Both the position numbers and the translations under genes were made by a program. Source: Salinivirgaceae bacterium (GTDB lineage Bacteria; Bacteroidota; Bacteroidia; Bacteroidales; Salinivirgaceae). Taken from it: a stretch of 64,000 nucleotides of DNA. Shown here piece by piece: positions 20,814 to 31,275 of the stretch. Within the stretch, counting starts at the first letter, position 1, and each line of letters opens with the position of its first letter. The DNA lies in contig DAOOBP010000002.1 in assembly GCA_035407925.1 (NCBI GenBank), forward strand, positions 3,010 through 67,009. Reading direction: 5' to 3'. The notes under the pieces were generated by a model that saw only the letters and a list, made by a program, of their open reading frames with translations, did not search any database and was not told the origin of the DNA.

Positions 20814-22439
20814 TTACCCTTGCATGCCGCAACATTTTTTGAATTTTTTGCCGCTTCCGCAGGGACAGGGGTCATTGCGTCCTACCTTTGAGCGTTTTAC
20901 TTCTGTTATTTCGGTTTCTTCAGGTTGCTGAGGATAATACGATTCAGCCTTTTGGTTCTTTTTTTCTTTTTTCCATCTTTCAATCATCTCTATCTCTTTT
21001 TCGGCTAACGTGTATATGTCAGGCAATTCCATTATGCGTTTTTCCAAAAAGGGTGGATTTTCGAAATATTTTACAACATCAGCATACCCTCCGTTTATCC
21101 ATTCATCAACACAATCGGCTTCGTGTAGTATTTTGAGGATTGGAAGTGAGTTTTTAACATTTAAGTCTATTAGTGAACTTTCAATAAAACCTACAAAAGG
21201 AGCATCAATAATATCGTTATTGGTTTGATTGTCAACGTAGAATTGTAGCAAATCGGTCAACCATTCTATAACTTCATCTTTTCTTTCGGGGTGATGGAAA
21301 GCTAATTGTTCAATGGCATCCAACAGTGTGCTTTTTACAAAGGCATTCTTGTTAGGCAGATATAGAACTTCTAAAAGTTGACGATGGTCATGCTTTACTA
21401 GCATATAGTAGTAAAACCAAGTATCGTTAACCCAAAAATCCCCAAACCAGAAATCTGTAAAATCATCCTCCTTTTGAAGAAGTAGGCACGCCGTTTCCAT
21501 TGTCTCAACAGCATTGAGTTCATACAGAAACCAAATTGCGTGTGGCAAGGCATAATACTCATTTCGTTCAAAATCCTCGTCGGTAAATTCGAACATTGTG
21601 TGATACATTACTTGCTCTAAATCAGCAATTACAGAGGAACGAGGAAGCGAAAGGATAGTATTGATGGTCTCTTTGTTTAAGGTTTCATGCTCAAAAAGCA
21701 TATTAACTTCAGAGTGATAAAAACTCTTTCCTTTTCGATGTCTATTTTTGTAGTCATCTGAAATAACTGGATGAACGTATTTCGGTTCTTTGGGTTTGTG
21801 GTTTTTTAATTTTTCCAACCCTTTTTCCATCCTGTGGAGCATGATTTGTTGGGTGACATTACTAAAAACATCGTGCACATACGCAGAAACTTCCTCTATG
21901 TTTTCGTCGCCAATCTGCGGTCCGTCTTTTTTTAAATAAAAATAGTCGTAAACATATTTAATGATGTCGTCAGCTTTGTCGTAGTTTTCTCTTTTGATTT
22001 CTAATTCTGCAAAAAGTAAGTAGTAGTGAACCACATGCTCAATCCAAAACGTGTTTGTATCAGGAAACCAACGATTGATGTCGGGGGTGTCGCCTCCTAA
22101 TACTTCAATAGCCTCTTCGAGTCTGTCGTAAAAAATTAGCCTTTTAGCTGAATTATGGAGTCCGTAAAAATAATTGGGAAACAGATCTCTCGTTTTTAGA
22201 AGAAGCTTCTCAGCTTCAATATGGCGATCGTTTTTAGTTAAAGCGCTGTAGTAAAAGTTCCACGCTTCGGGATACTGTTTCCAACGTTGAAAAAAACGTT
22301 CTACCTTTTTCAAATTGGGCTTGTTTTTTCCTTTAACATAAGTGTAAATATCTTTCAACTCTTCAACATAGAGTTCACTACGTTCATCTTGAATAGGATC
22401 AAGAACAACGTTAAAAGGGAATTTACTTTTTACCATCAT
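20814..22439 (-). CDS. helical-repeat protein with C-terminal SEC-C metal-binding motif
   Basis: 541 aa. The C-terminus [19 protein letters not shown] is the SEC-C motif. The rest looks alpha-helical and TPR-like. Function unknown. Confidence 0.7.
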   Translation of the reverse strand: MMVKSKFPFNVVLDPIQDERSELYVEELKDIYTYVKGKNKPNLKKVERFFQRWKQYPEAWNFYYSALTKNDRHIEAEKLLLKTRDLFPNYFYGLHNSAKRLIFYDRLEEAIEVLGGDTPDINRWFPDTNTFWIEHVVHYYLLFAELEIKRENYDKADDIIKYVYDYFYLKKDGPQIGDENIEEVSAYVHDVFSNVTQQIMLHRMEKGLEKLKNHKPKEPKYVHPVISDDYKNRHRKGKSFYHSEVNMLFEHETLNKETINTILSLPRSSVIADLEQVMYHTMFEFTDEDFERNEYYALPHAIWFLYELNAVETMETACLLLQKEDDFTDFWFGDFWVNDTWFYYYMLVKHDHRQLLEVLYLPNKNAFVKSTLLDAIEQLAFHHPERKDEVIEWLTDLLQFYVDNQTNNDIIDAPFVGFIESSLIDLNVKNSLPILKILHEADCVDEWINGGYADVVKYFENPPFLEKRIMELPDIYTLAEKEIEMIERWKKEKKNQKAESYYPQQPEETEITEVKRSKVGRNDPCPCGSGKKFKKCCGMQG

Positions 22440-22578
22440 TTAGAATTCACTTAGATAAAATTTGACAAGACAAATCTGATTACAACTGGCTTTGCACGGC
22501 TCCGCCCTTTCACTCACACGCTTTGTATGGCTACTAAGACATTTTTAGGACACAAAGATAGCAAACAAAGCGCTGTGT

Positions 22579-23070
22579 TTACAGATATTTTGACGAAATT
22601 TCAACGCATATCATAGTTGACATAAAATCTAAACGAACAACCAATATTTGATTGCTTTTTTTTCTGATTATTTCGCCTTTAAATCCACAAAAAGGACCGG
22701 AATTAATCTCTATATAATCGCCTATTTGGTAGTCAATGTCTTGAACTTTAACATTTTCAGAATTTTTTGTTAAAATACGTAGATTTTCTATCTCTCTATC
22801 TTGAACATAAGCGGGCTGATTTTGAAACATTAAAAAACGAACGACTCCATCAGTCTTTAGTACTTTGAGATAATCTTTATAATCAATTCTGACAAAGACA
22901 TAACATGTGATTAAGGGAACTTCGACTATCTTTTTTCTGTCACTCCACTGACGAACAGTTCTATATAGAGGCAGATAAGCCTCTATTCCTTTTTCGGCGA
23001 GTTGAAGCGCTACTTTTTTTTCATGACGTGAACGTGTTGATACTGCATACCAACGTAAACTACTGCTCAT
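22579..23070 (-). CDS. UpxY-family (NusG-like) transcription antiterminator
   Basis: 163 aa. WYAVSTRSRHEKKV NGN-domain start and a KOW-like GDYIEINSGPFCGFKGEI. It sits at the head of the polysaccharide locus. Confidence 0.85.
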   Translation of the reverse strand: MSSSLRWYAVSTRSRHEKKVALQLAEKGIEAYLPLYRTVRQWSDRKKIVEVPLITCYVFVRIDYKDYLKVLKTDGVVRFLMFQNQPAYVQDREIENLRILTKNSENVKVQDIDYQIGDYIEINSGPFCGFKGEIIRKKSNQILVVRLDFMSTMICVEISSKYL

Positions 23071-24103
23071 TTTTGTTACTTGGGTTTAGCATGTTATCAA
23101 TTTCAACTTGTAAATCAGAGTATTGGAAACCAATCTCTCTTACGATTTTTTCGCCTTCAAATCTACTGTGTTCAAATCCAGATTTTACAATTTGTCGTGT
23201 TAATTTAGGAGACAGATTAAATATCCAAGCAGAAATTTCGTTCAGCAGAGAAATTATCCAAAGTATATTTTTATTGATAAATCTTGGTTTTCGCTTTTTA
23301 TTCAATGATTTTTGCACCATTTCAAACAACTTCTGATAGCTTAAATTCTCAGAACAAAGTATGTATCTCTGCGATTTTTTATCTGTTTCGGATAGAATAA
23401 TTGCGGCTCTGCACACATCGTTGACAGAAACGTAACCGGTGGTTCCATCAGTTATGAAGGGTAATCCAAATGCCATTTGTTGCAAAAGCGCTGATGAGCT
23501 TTTGCCTGAGTTGGCGTTTCCCAAAATAATGGCGGGATTTAATATCACAGCATTCAATCCCTCTTCAATTCCGCGCCACACTTCAAGCTCGGCTAAATAT
23601 TTTGATTTGCCATAATGACTTTGCTTTTCATTATTTTTAAGAAAATGGTTTTCATTTACTATTTCTTCATTGATAGCGTCTCCTATAGCAGCAACACTAC
23701 TTAGGTAAACAAGTATTGTTGAACAGTTTTCCTTTTTCAGAAGTGTGTTGACAATGTTTTTTGTTCCGATAATATTTGTGTTGTAAATCTGTTTTTTTGC
23801 GTGTGGATTGAAAGATACATATGCGGCTGTGTGATAAATAATATCAACACCATGTACAAGATTATCGATACTCTCTTTGTTTAAAATATCGCCAAAAACA
23901 AATTGCAGATTTTTGGTATTGTCGTTACCTAAAAAGGTTGTAAGTTCTAATTTTGCTCTGTTTGAACGTACAAAGGCTTTCACATTAACGTCCTTTTTAA
24001 GCAACATTTTTATTAGGTGCGATCCTACAAGTCCATTAGCGCCAGTTACAGCAACATTCATAGCAAAAATTTCGGAACGCAAATTTAACAATTTTTTTGC
24101 CAA
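23060..24103 (-). CDS. NAD(P)-dependent epimerase/dehydratase-family SDR
   Basis: MNVAVTGANGLVGSHL (likely start 24061) and YGKSKYLAE (YxxxK). Confidence 0.75.
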   Translation of the reverse strand: MAKKLLNLRSEIFAMNVAVTGANGLVGSHLIKMLLKKDVNVKAFVRSNRAKLELTTFLGNDNTKNLQFVFGDILNKESIDNLVHGVDIIYHTAAYVSFNPHAKKQIYNTNIIGTKNIVNTLLKKENCSTILVYLSSVAAIGDAINEEIVNENHFLKNNEKQSHYGKSKYLAELEVWRGIEEGLNAVILNPAIILGNANSGKSSSALLQQMAFGLPFITDGTTGYVSVNDVCRAAIILSETDKKSQRYILCSENLSYQKLFEMVQKSLNKKRKPRFINKNILWIISLLNEISAWIFNLSPKLTRQIVKSGFEHSRFEGEKIVREIGFQYSDLQVEIDNMLNPSNKNEQ

Positions 24104-24519
24104 ATAATCTTTTCCCCAAAGCCGAGCTTATTGTCGGTTAGTTTAAGATGTTGAGGTTCAAGTATCCAAAGGTTTAAATCGGCTAAACGAGCGTATGGAA
24201 AACGTTTTAAATAGGTTGTTTTTGCAATCTCTTCGTAAGTTTTATCAACTGGAAAAGTAATTCCTGAAATTTGAAGTCCTTGAATTTTCATAACAATGCG
24301 AGTTTCTAAAACAATATTTGCCGCTACGTTTCGGTTTTTTAAGGCTTCTAAGCCGTGTCGTGTGTCATGGTCGGTTGTGTAAACAAAAGCGTTTTTCTCT
24401 TTTATCCAAGCGTAGAAGCACGATGCACACCAAGGATTGTTTTCATTGGATGTTGCTATTGTAAGCACATGATGTTTGCCAATAAAATCTATAATTGGCT
24501 TGTCAATTGCGTTTTCCAT
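24085..24519 (-). CDS. pyridoxamine 5'-phosphate oxidase-fold protein (YhbP/UPF0306-like)
   Basis: 144 aa. HHVLTIATSNENNPWCASCFY and a C-terminal LKLTDNKLGFGEK pattern. Confidence 0.6.
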   Translation of the reverse strand: MENAIDKPIIDFIGKHHVLTIATSNENNPWCASCFYAWIKEKNAFVYTTDHDTRHGLEALKNRNVAANIVLETRIVMKIQGLQISGITFPVDKTYEEIAKTTYLKRFPYARLADLNLWILEPQHLKLTDNKLGFGEKIIWQKNC

Positions 24520-24521
24520 GT

Positions 24522-25145
24522 TTAGTTTAATTTGTTAAGAACCAGTTCTGTAATTTTATTATTGTCGGTTAACAAAATGGTTTGGATTCCTAACTCTTCG
24601 GCTGCTTTTGTGTTGGGTTCAAGATCGTCGATAAAGAGTATCTCTTGTGGCAAACATTTTAGCTGTTTTATAACGTATTGGTAAATTTGTTCCGAAGGTT
24701 TGCGACAGCCTATTTTATGTGATAAAAACAGCCCATCGAATAGTGATACTAAGCTTTCGGCTAAATTTTGTTCGGTTATTTTTTGGTTGCAATGGTTAAA
24801 GTGGATATTGTTTGTATTGCTTAATAAATATAGCGGATATTTAGTCTTTAGGGAACGTAATAGGCTAATAGCCTGACTGTTAAAGTCTAACAGAAGTACA
24901 TTCCAAGCATTGTCAATGGTTTTGTCATCAACGTTAACATTCAAATTTTTTCTGATTGCGTTACGAAACTCTTCGTCGGTTATTGCTCCTGACTCGTAAT
25001 TCAAATAAATATCTAACAGGGGTTTTGAATCTCTTAAAATCTCTTTTGGGTTACCTGTAATTTTTGAATAGGCTTCGAATGTTTTATCAAAATCGATATC
25101 CATTAAAACTCCGCCCAAATCGAATATGATGCACTTAATCTTCAT
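24522..25145 (-). CDS. HAD-superfamily hydrolase (subfamily IA)
   Basis: IIFDLGGVL motif I, LSNTN motif II and FIDD motif IV. Confidence 0.8.
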   Translation of the reverse strand: MKIKCIIFDLGGVLMDIDFDKTFEAYSKITGNPKEILRDSKPLLDIYLNYESGAITDEEFRNAIRKNLNVNVDDKTIDNAWNVLLLDFNSQAISLLRSLKTKYPLYLLSNTNNIHFNHCNQKITEQNLAESLVSLFDGLFLSHKIGCRKPSEQIYQYVIKQLKCLPQEILFIDDLEPNTKAAEELGIQTILLTDNNKITELVLNKLN

Positions 25146-25173
25146 CTGTCTATATTTTTTCTATCTAATGTTT

Positions 25174-26241
25174 TTATGTAATCTTTTGTAAAGATTTGGC
25201 TGTAAAAATAGTTTCTGGTATTTGAATTTCTGATATATCAAAGGATTGAGCAAACGGCTCTAGTGCTAAGTTAACATAATTTTTAATATCCTCGGGTTTA
25301 TCTATGACATAAAAACCTTTCTTACCACTCAAATGCTTTGCCAAGTATTCTTGTTCCCATTGATTTTTTGTTGGAAGCATTATAAGTGGTTTTGAAAGTG
25401 CAATGCAATCCATTATTGTTGTGTATCCCGCAAGCGAAATTATTGTTTTTGAGCATCTTACTACGTTATAAAAATCTTCGGTATTGAGATGACCATAAAT
25501 ATCGATATTTTTATAAACAGTCGATTTTTCGTGATTAACATAACCTAATACTGCATATTTCCCGTCACTTTTTGAAAAAGTATCAATAATTTTATTTGCC
25601 AAATGGTTTCTGTAGGGTTGAGGTCCTGAAGCAATATAAACCATGTTATATTTAATTTTAGTGTCAGTTATTTTATGGTTTAACGACATAAAACGACTTA
25701 GAGGTCCGCAATAAAACGATTTTATTTTTAAGTTTTTTGAATTGGAAAGTTTTCCTGCTAATATACTGTTTGGGAAATCGGGAATAAGTGCGTAATCGAA
25801 TTTGTTAACTATTCGCGTGTAAATTTTATTTATTAGCCTGCCTATCAATCCTTTAATAGGAAGATTTATTTGATGACTCAGATAACATGAGACACTATTA
25901 CGTGAACGGAAAAAAGGTCTGTTATCGCTTATGATTACATCAATAGCATTAGCTTTTGAGATTTTTTTTGCTATAAACAGCTCCCTTATAAAAATCAAGA
26001 ATATTTTAGGCAACTGTATTATAAGCGATTGAATAGGAGTGAGGTGGGAGTAATATTTTATATTATATCCAACAACTTCAATTTTTTTAAACGAGTATCC
26101 TTCAAGTAAAAACAATTGCTTTTTGGGTAAGGCAAATATTATTTCATAATCCCTTTTCTGTAATTTCTCGGCAAGGGCAATCACTCTTGTTGTGTGTCCC
26201 ATGCCCCAATCCAAGGGTGCAAATAAAACTTTGATAGCCAA
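25174..26241 (-). CDS. GT-B glycosyltransferase (GT28/MurG-like, MGT type)
   Basis: 355 aa. VLFAPLDWGMGHTTRVIALAEKL is the typical N-terminus of this family. Confidence 0.65.
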   Translation of the reverse strand: MAIKVLFAPLDWGMGHTTRVIALAEKLQKRDYEIIFALPKKQLFLLEGYSFKKIEVVGYNIKYYSHLTPIQSLIIQLPKIFLIFIRELFIAKKISKANAIDVIISDNRPFFRSRNSVSCYLSHQINLPIKGLIGRLINKIYTRIVNKFDYALIPDFPNSILAGKLSNSKNLKIKSFYCGPLSRFMSLNHKITDTKIKYNMVYIASGPQPYRNHLANKIIDTFSKSDGKYAVLGYVNHEKSTVYKNIDIYGHLNTEDFYNVVRCSKTIISLAGYTTIMDCIALSKPLIMLPTKNQWEQEYLAKHLSGKKGFYVIDKPEDIKNYVNLALEPFAQSFDISEIQIPETIFTAKSLQKIT

Positions 26242-26248
26242 ATGTTTG

Positions 26249-28087
26249 TTATTTTAAGTTCCAAGTTATCTCTGTGTCCCAATTTGCGCGTATAGTAATA
26301 TCTTTACTATATGTTAAAACCAATTCGGGCAATAACTTTTTATAGTAGTCTCCGGTATCCCATTTTTTGTTCCCGTTTGAATCAATAAAAAGCCTTAGAG
26401 TGTATTTTCCGGGTTTCAAATCGTTTATTGTTAATGTTTGGGTTGTTGGATAAAAACTTTGCCATACAATATTTTTTGAGTTGTCGTAAAGCTCTATTAC
26501 AGAGTTGTTTTCAATCTCTCCAACAATGTTTACTGCTAAAACTCCATATTCCGACTCGTCGGGAACTCTAAATTTTAAGCTTTTCGGGTGTGAGTATTGT
26601 TCATAAATATCAGAGATGGCTAAGGAGTCAAATATCATCTCATAACTGTTGCTCTGAACAAACTGATAATCAATAGTTAACAGGCTTTTTGTTGTGTCTA
26701 ATGTTGTGTTGAAGTCAATAGCCTTTTTCACAGTATCTTCGACAGTAAAGAGTTTAATTTTTTCAAAGTCAATCGAGTTTACTGGGTGGTTAAAGTTTAA
26801 AACCAGTTTTTTGTTTTTGTCTAAAACATTGCCAACAATATTTGAAGTAAAAGTGACAATGGTGTCATTATCAAACACTTTGTTTTTTTCTACTGCAAGC
26901 GTGATTGTGTCCTTTTGTATTGTTAGATTTTCTAAAGAATCGAGGAAACCATATTCTAAGACAGCCTTTAACGTATCGGATAGTGTCATTTCAAAACTTG
27001 GAATGACAAACAGCAGTGAGTCAGGACGTTGTGAACAGACCTGAACAAAATTAGTGTCGTCAAAAGTTCTAAGAGTTGTTTCGCTATACGGTTCACGGTT
27101 TAGTACAATGTTGATGAGGTTTCGCCTTGGGCGTGACGAGGTTTTTACGAACTGTTTTTGGTAATCAGGCTCAAACAGATTTAAACGTATTTTTTCAATT
27201 GTTGAAGCAACGATGCTTTTTTGAATTATCGTATCGGCAAATATTGTGTCGCCACTTTCTGCTGATATCTCTTTAATTATTTTTAGCGTATCGTATGCAA
27301 TATCTTTATAAGTTTCGGGCTTTAAAGTTTCGTCAAGAAAAGCAACTTTTTCGTTTGGTAGTTTGTAAAGCATATCATTTGCAATATCTGAAAGTGCAAA
27401 TATTTTATACTCACCCTTTTTTATATTATTAATTGTAAATTCTCCCGCCTTGTTTGTAATTGAATAGTATAGTGGTTTTTCTTTAGCAACGACTGAGTCG
27501 TAAATATTGTTATATAAGCCAACTTGAACATTTTCTACTGGCAAACCTGTTGCTGCATTTTTAACTACTCCTGAGATAAAAATAGTGTCGATTTCGCCTC
27601 CTGTTGAAAATACATACTGAAAATTATCCTTAATGTTTCCCTCGGTATAATCGCGGATTGCATCTCGAAAATTGATATTGTAAGTGGTGTTTTGACGAAG
27701 GGTATCATTCAGCTCCACGATAACAGTTTTACCTTTCAGTCTTACTTCTGGTTTTTTGTTGAGTGGAGGCGAAATCGTAACTTTTTGTGAAGCGTCTTTC
27801 AAACTTAAAAATTCATTAAAAGTTATTGATATTTTTTTTGAATCAAAGTGTAGTGAATTTGGTTTAGGATTTGCTTTTTTTACTTCGGGTGCGTAGGTGT
27901 CCTTGGGTCCGCCAGTCGGAGCCATCTCTTTAGCGCAACCTGTTAAAATTAAGGCTACTATGATAAGTACTATTTCAAATTTTTTGTAAAAAGTCATTAA
28001 ACAGAGGTATGGGTTTATTTGCATTGACTTCAAAAATAATGATTTTAAATCGACTTCAGTTCTATTCACTAACTGTAATAGGGTCAC
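26249..28087 (-). CDS. lipoprotein with Ig-like (SbsA-type) N-terminal domain
   Basis: The probable start is MTFYKKFEIVLIIVALILTGC at 27997, giving a lipobox Cys. The remainder is beta-rich. Confidence 0.55.
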   Translation of the reverse strand: MTLLQLVNRTEVDLKSLFLKSMQINPYLCLMTFYKKFEIVLIIVALILTGCAKEMAPTGGPKDTYAPEVKKANPKPNSLHFDSKKISITFNEFLSLKDASQKVTISPPLNKKPEVRLKGKTVIVELNDTLRQNTTYNINFRDAIRDYTEGNIKDNFQYVFSTGGEIDTIFISGVVKNAATGLPVENVQVGLYNNIYDSVVAKEKPLYYSITNKAGEFTINNIKKGEYKIFALSDIANDMLYKLPNEKVAFLDETLKPETYKDIAYDTLKIIKEISAESGDTIFADTIIQKSIVASTIEKIRLNLFEPDYQKQFVKTSSRPRRNLINIVLNREPYSETTLRTFDDTNFVQVCSQRPDSLLFVIPSFEMTLSDTLKAVLEYGFLDSLENLTIQKDTITLAVEKNKVFDNDTIVTFTSNIVGNVLDKNKKLVLNFNHPVNSIDFEKIKLFTVEDTVKKAIDFNTTLDTTKSLLTIDYQFVQSNSYEMIFDSLAISDIYEQYSHPKSLKFRVPDESEYGVLAVNIVGEIENNSVIELYDNSKNIVWQSFYPTTQTLTINDLKPGKYTLRLFIDSNGNKKWDTGDYYKKLLPELVLTYSKDITIRANWDTEITWNLK

Positions 28088-28529
28088 ATTTGAAAGATTG
28101 TCTCGAATTGGTTATTTGTAAAATTTTCCAACCTTTATTGGTTCTGTATAGTTGATATGCGTTTATTCCGCAGTATGAAATCTTTGTGTCGTCATAACAA
28201 ACGTATTTACACCACGCTGTAGCTATAATATCATTTGTTTCAATTGTACATTCTGCCTGCTCTCTACGATATGTTTTTTTTGTTAAAGAATTAATAAACA
28301 TCTCCATTGTTTCTGCTGCCACAATATTTTTTCTACCGTCATGAAAAACGGTTAGCAATCCTAAGTTAGGATCAACTGTTTTTTTCAATAAAACGGTATC
28401 TTTGGTGTTCAACCCTTCTATAAATGTGTCAATAGTTTGCTGTATTTTATCATGTGTCGACAGATTTTGACCATTTAGACTAACGAACGAAACAAACATT
28501 ATAATAAAAACGGTAATTTTTTTTAACAT
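28062..28529 (-). CDS. secreted NTF2-fold (lumazine-binding-like) protein
   Basis: 155 aa with a signal peptide. The C-terminal YQLYRTNKGWKI is characteristic of SnoaL/NTF2-like folds. Confidence 0.5.
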   Translation of the reverse strand: MLKKITVFIIMFVSFVSLNGQNLSTHDKIQQTIDTFIEGLNTKDTVLLKKTVDPNLGLLTVFHDGRKNIVAAETMEMFINSLTKKTYRREQAECTIETNDIIATAWCKYVCYDDTKISYCGINAYQLYRTNKGWKILQITNSRQSFKCDPITVSE

Positions 28530-28542
28530 AAGTATATGTGTT

Positions 28543-28983
28543 TTATATTCTGATATTTCCTCCTGAATTACTTATTTCTATAGCTAAAAGACCAATTGTT
28601 TTTTGTTCAAACAGATTTTTAAGTTCTTTTCTTACTGGTGAATAGTTATTGTGAATAGGGCAGTGGGCGTGTTCATGGGTTTCATCGCAACTGTTTAATC
28701 CTATTATGCAGGAATTAAAAAAATTAGGACCATCAATTATTGTCACGATATCCATTAAGGATATTTCAGAAGCAGGCTTTGCAAGCATAAATCCTCCGTT
28801 TGGTCCCTTGTTTGACAAAAGTAGCTTGTGTTTAGTGATTTGTTGTAAAATTTTACTTAAAAAAGGTCTCGGAACATCAAGATCAAATGCAATTTGCTTA
28901 ATCCCAATCATAGAATTTTTATCTTTGTTTAAAGCAAGATAAATCATCGCTCGGATTGCATATTTGCAAGTGTTTGATATCAT
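28543..28983 (-). CDS. Rrf2-family transcriptional regulator
   Basis: MISNTCKYAIRAMIYLA start, an HTH, and a Cys/His cluster (CDETHEHAHCP). Confidence 0.85.
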   Translation of the reverse strand: MISNTCKYAIRAMIYLALNKDKNSMIGIKQIAFDLDVPRPFLSKILQQITKHKLLLSNKGPNGGFMLAKPASEISLMDIVTIIDGPNFFNSCIIGLNSCDETHEHAHCPIHNNYSPVRKELKNLFEQKTIGLLAIEISNSGGNIRI

Positions 28984-28987
28984 TAGG

Positions 28988-29422
28988 CTACTTTATATTA
29001 ATTTTATCAATTCTGTTTTGATGCCTGCCACCTTCAAAGCTCGATGTCAAAAAGGCAGTAACAATTTTTTCGGCGTCTGTGAGCGACAAAAATCGTCCTG
29101 AAAGAACACAAACATTAGCATTATTGTGTTGGCGTGAAAGAGTTGCCATTGTTTGATTCCAGCACAATGCTGCTCTGACGTTGCTGTGACGGTTTAATGC
29201 AATGCTTATTCCAATACCACTACCACAAACGGCAATGCCAAAAGTTTGTTCATTGATATTTTTGGCAAGTTTATGCGCATAGTCGGGATAATCAACAGAT
29301 TGTTCAGAATCGGCGCCATGATCGACTACCGAATAACCCTCTTTTTGTAGAAAACTAATTACGTGGCGTTTTAGAAGATATCCCGCATGATCTGATGCTA
29401 AGTGTATAGTGGTTTGCTTCAT
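28988..29422 (-). CDS. rpiB: ribose-5-phosphate isomerase B
   Basis: IHLASDHAGYLLK and AVCGSGIGISIALNR motifs, 144 aa. Confidence 0.9.
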   Translation of the reverse strand: MKQTTIHLASDHAGYLLKRHVISFLQKEGYSVVDHGADSEQSVDYPDYAHKLAKNINEQTFGIAVCGSGIGISIALNRHSNVRAALCWNQTMATLSRQHNNANVCVLSGRFLSLTDAEKIVTAFLTSSFEGGRHQNRIDKINIK

Positions 29423-29783
29423 GTCGTAGCAATTTTAAGTTAAAAGTGTGTGCTTTTGTGGCATTTTAAAACAATAGCAAATATACTCTAATTGAGCTTA
29501 AAAATAAAATGATTTTATATGTTTAAATTTTTTCAGTTTAAGGTCGTATGAAATTCACAAGCTTTATGTTCATCTATTTGTGTGCCAAGTTTAGTCAATC
29601 GTATCGTCAGTATGATGATAATTCAAATGTATTTATAAATTTCAAACAAAAAGTTGCAATAGTTGTTGTTTTTTGGTATTATTGAGTTGTTATAAAAAAT
29701 ATTTTAAAAAAAATATAGTAACTTTACACGAATTATAATCTATAACTTTAAATACCGTTGTTTAAACTATTGTAACGATAGAG

Positions 29784-31265
29784 ATGTTAAAACAGAAATT
29801 ACAACAGAAAATTTTACAAAAACTCTCTCCACAGCAGATCCAACTTATCAAGCTGCTGGAAATTCCTACGTTACAGTTTGAGCAGCGAGTAAAAAAAGAG
29901 ATAGAAGAAAACCCCGCCCTCGAAGAAGCTGAAAACGAAAGTAATGACGACTTACAATATGAAAAGAGTGAAATCGACCATGACGACAGCTCCGATACAG
30001 AAGACGATTACAATAGCGAAGATGAATTTAGCATAGAGGATTACTTGCCCGACGATGACGACATTCCAGAATATCGTTTAACCGCAAACAACTATTCAAG
30101 AGACGACGAACAACGTGAAATCCCCTATTCAGGTGGGATAACGTTCCATGAAAATCTAATAACTCAACTGCGACTAAAAAGAAATCTATCGCACGAAAGG
30201 CGTGAGTTAGCCGAATATTTAATTGGCAACATTGATGAAGACGGGTATCTACGGCGTAAGCTGTCTTCCATAGTCGATGATTTGGTTTTTACAATGAATA
30301 TCCGCACGACTGAAGATGAATTGTATCAAGCGCTTAAGGCAGTACATGAATTAGATCCCGCGGGCGTTGGAGCACGCAATTTGCAAGAGTGCCTTTTACT
30401 TCAAATAGAACGACAGGACACTTCAAAACCTGAGGTCGCCATTGCCGATAAAATATTGAGAAACCATTTTAACGAATTTACTCGCAAGCATTACGACAAA
30501 ATAATGAGTCGCCTGTCAATTGACGAAGAGGAGCTTAAAGAATCAATTGATGAAATATTGCGATTAAATCCTAAGCCCGGCACATCATTTACAGACCCAA
30601 CAATACGCGACACCTCGACAATAATCCCTGACTTTATTTTAGAGACTGAAGACGGAGAATTAACAGTTTCAATGAATTCGAGGAATGTGCCCGATTTGAG
30701 AGTTAGCCGAACATACATTGAAATGTTAGAGGAGTACTCAAACAGTAAAAACAAAACACGTTCAGATAAAGAGACAATAGCATTTGTAAAGCAGAAATTA
30801 GATTCGGCACGTTGGTTTATCGATGCTATTAAGCAACGACAAGACACTCTGCTACTTACAATGGAAGCCATATTGGGATATCAGAGAGAATATTTTTTAA
30901 CTGGAGATGAGCGAAAATTGCGACCTATGATATTAAAAGATATTGCCGATATTACAGGCTTAGATATTTCAACGATATCGAGGGTTGCAAATTCAAAATA
31001 TATACAAACAGAGTATGGAATTCTCTCTCTCAAGTCTTTTTTCTCAGAATCAATGACAACCGATTCTGGCGAAGAGGTCTCTACACGCGAAATAAAACAG
31101 TATTTGCAGGAGTGCATCGACAACGAGAACAAACGTAAACCGTTAACAGACGAAAAACTTACACAATTATTATGTGATAAGGGTTATAATATCGCACGCC
31201 GAACAGTTGCGAAATATCGGGAACAATTGAATATTCCGGTTGCACGATTGCGAAAAGAAATTTAA
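29784..31265 (+). CDS. rpoN: RNA polymerase sigma-54 factor
   Basis: LSPQQIQLIKLLEIP glutamine-rich N-terminus, an acidic linker, and a C-terminal RpoN box ARRTVAKYREQL. Confidence 0.95.
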   Translation: MLKQKLQQKILQKLSPQQIQLIKLLEIPTLQFEQRVKKEIEENPALEEAENESNDDLQYEKSEIDHDDSSDTEDDYNSEDEFSIEDYLPDDDDIPEYRLTANNYSRDDEQREIPYSGGITFHENLITQLRLKRNLSHERRELAEYLIGNIDEDGYLRRKLSSIVDDLVFTMNIRTTEDELYQALKAVHELDPAGVGARNLQECLLLQIERQDTSKPEVAIADKILRNHFNEFTRKHYDKIMSRLSIDEEELKESIDEILRLNPKPGTSFTDPTIRDTSTIIPDFILETEDGELTVSMNSRNVPDLRVSRTYIEMLEEYSNSKNKTRSDKETIAFVKQKLDSARWFIDAIKQRQDTLLLTMEAILGYQREYFLTGDERKLRPMILKDIADITGLDISTISRVANSKYIQTEYGILSLKSFFSESMTTDSGEEVSTREIKQYLQECIDNENKRKPLTDEKLTQLLCDKGYNIARRTVAKYREQLNIPVARLRKEI

Positions 31266-31275
31266 AATTCACATT

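Noticed and set aside
31240-31275. Track start of the membrane-protein ORF inside the rpoN 3' end, and similar long 5' extensions at 60239, 26249-28087, 23060-24103, 11921-12979, 13563-14540 and 18521-19819
   Set aside because: The extensions overlap the upstream genes or hairpins. Internal Met codons give canonical N-termini (signal peptide, Rossmann start and so on). The shorter starts are noted in the feature evidence.
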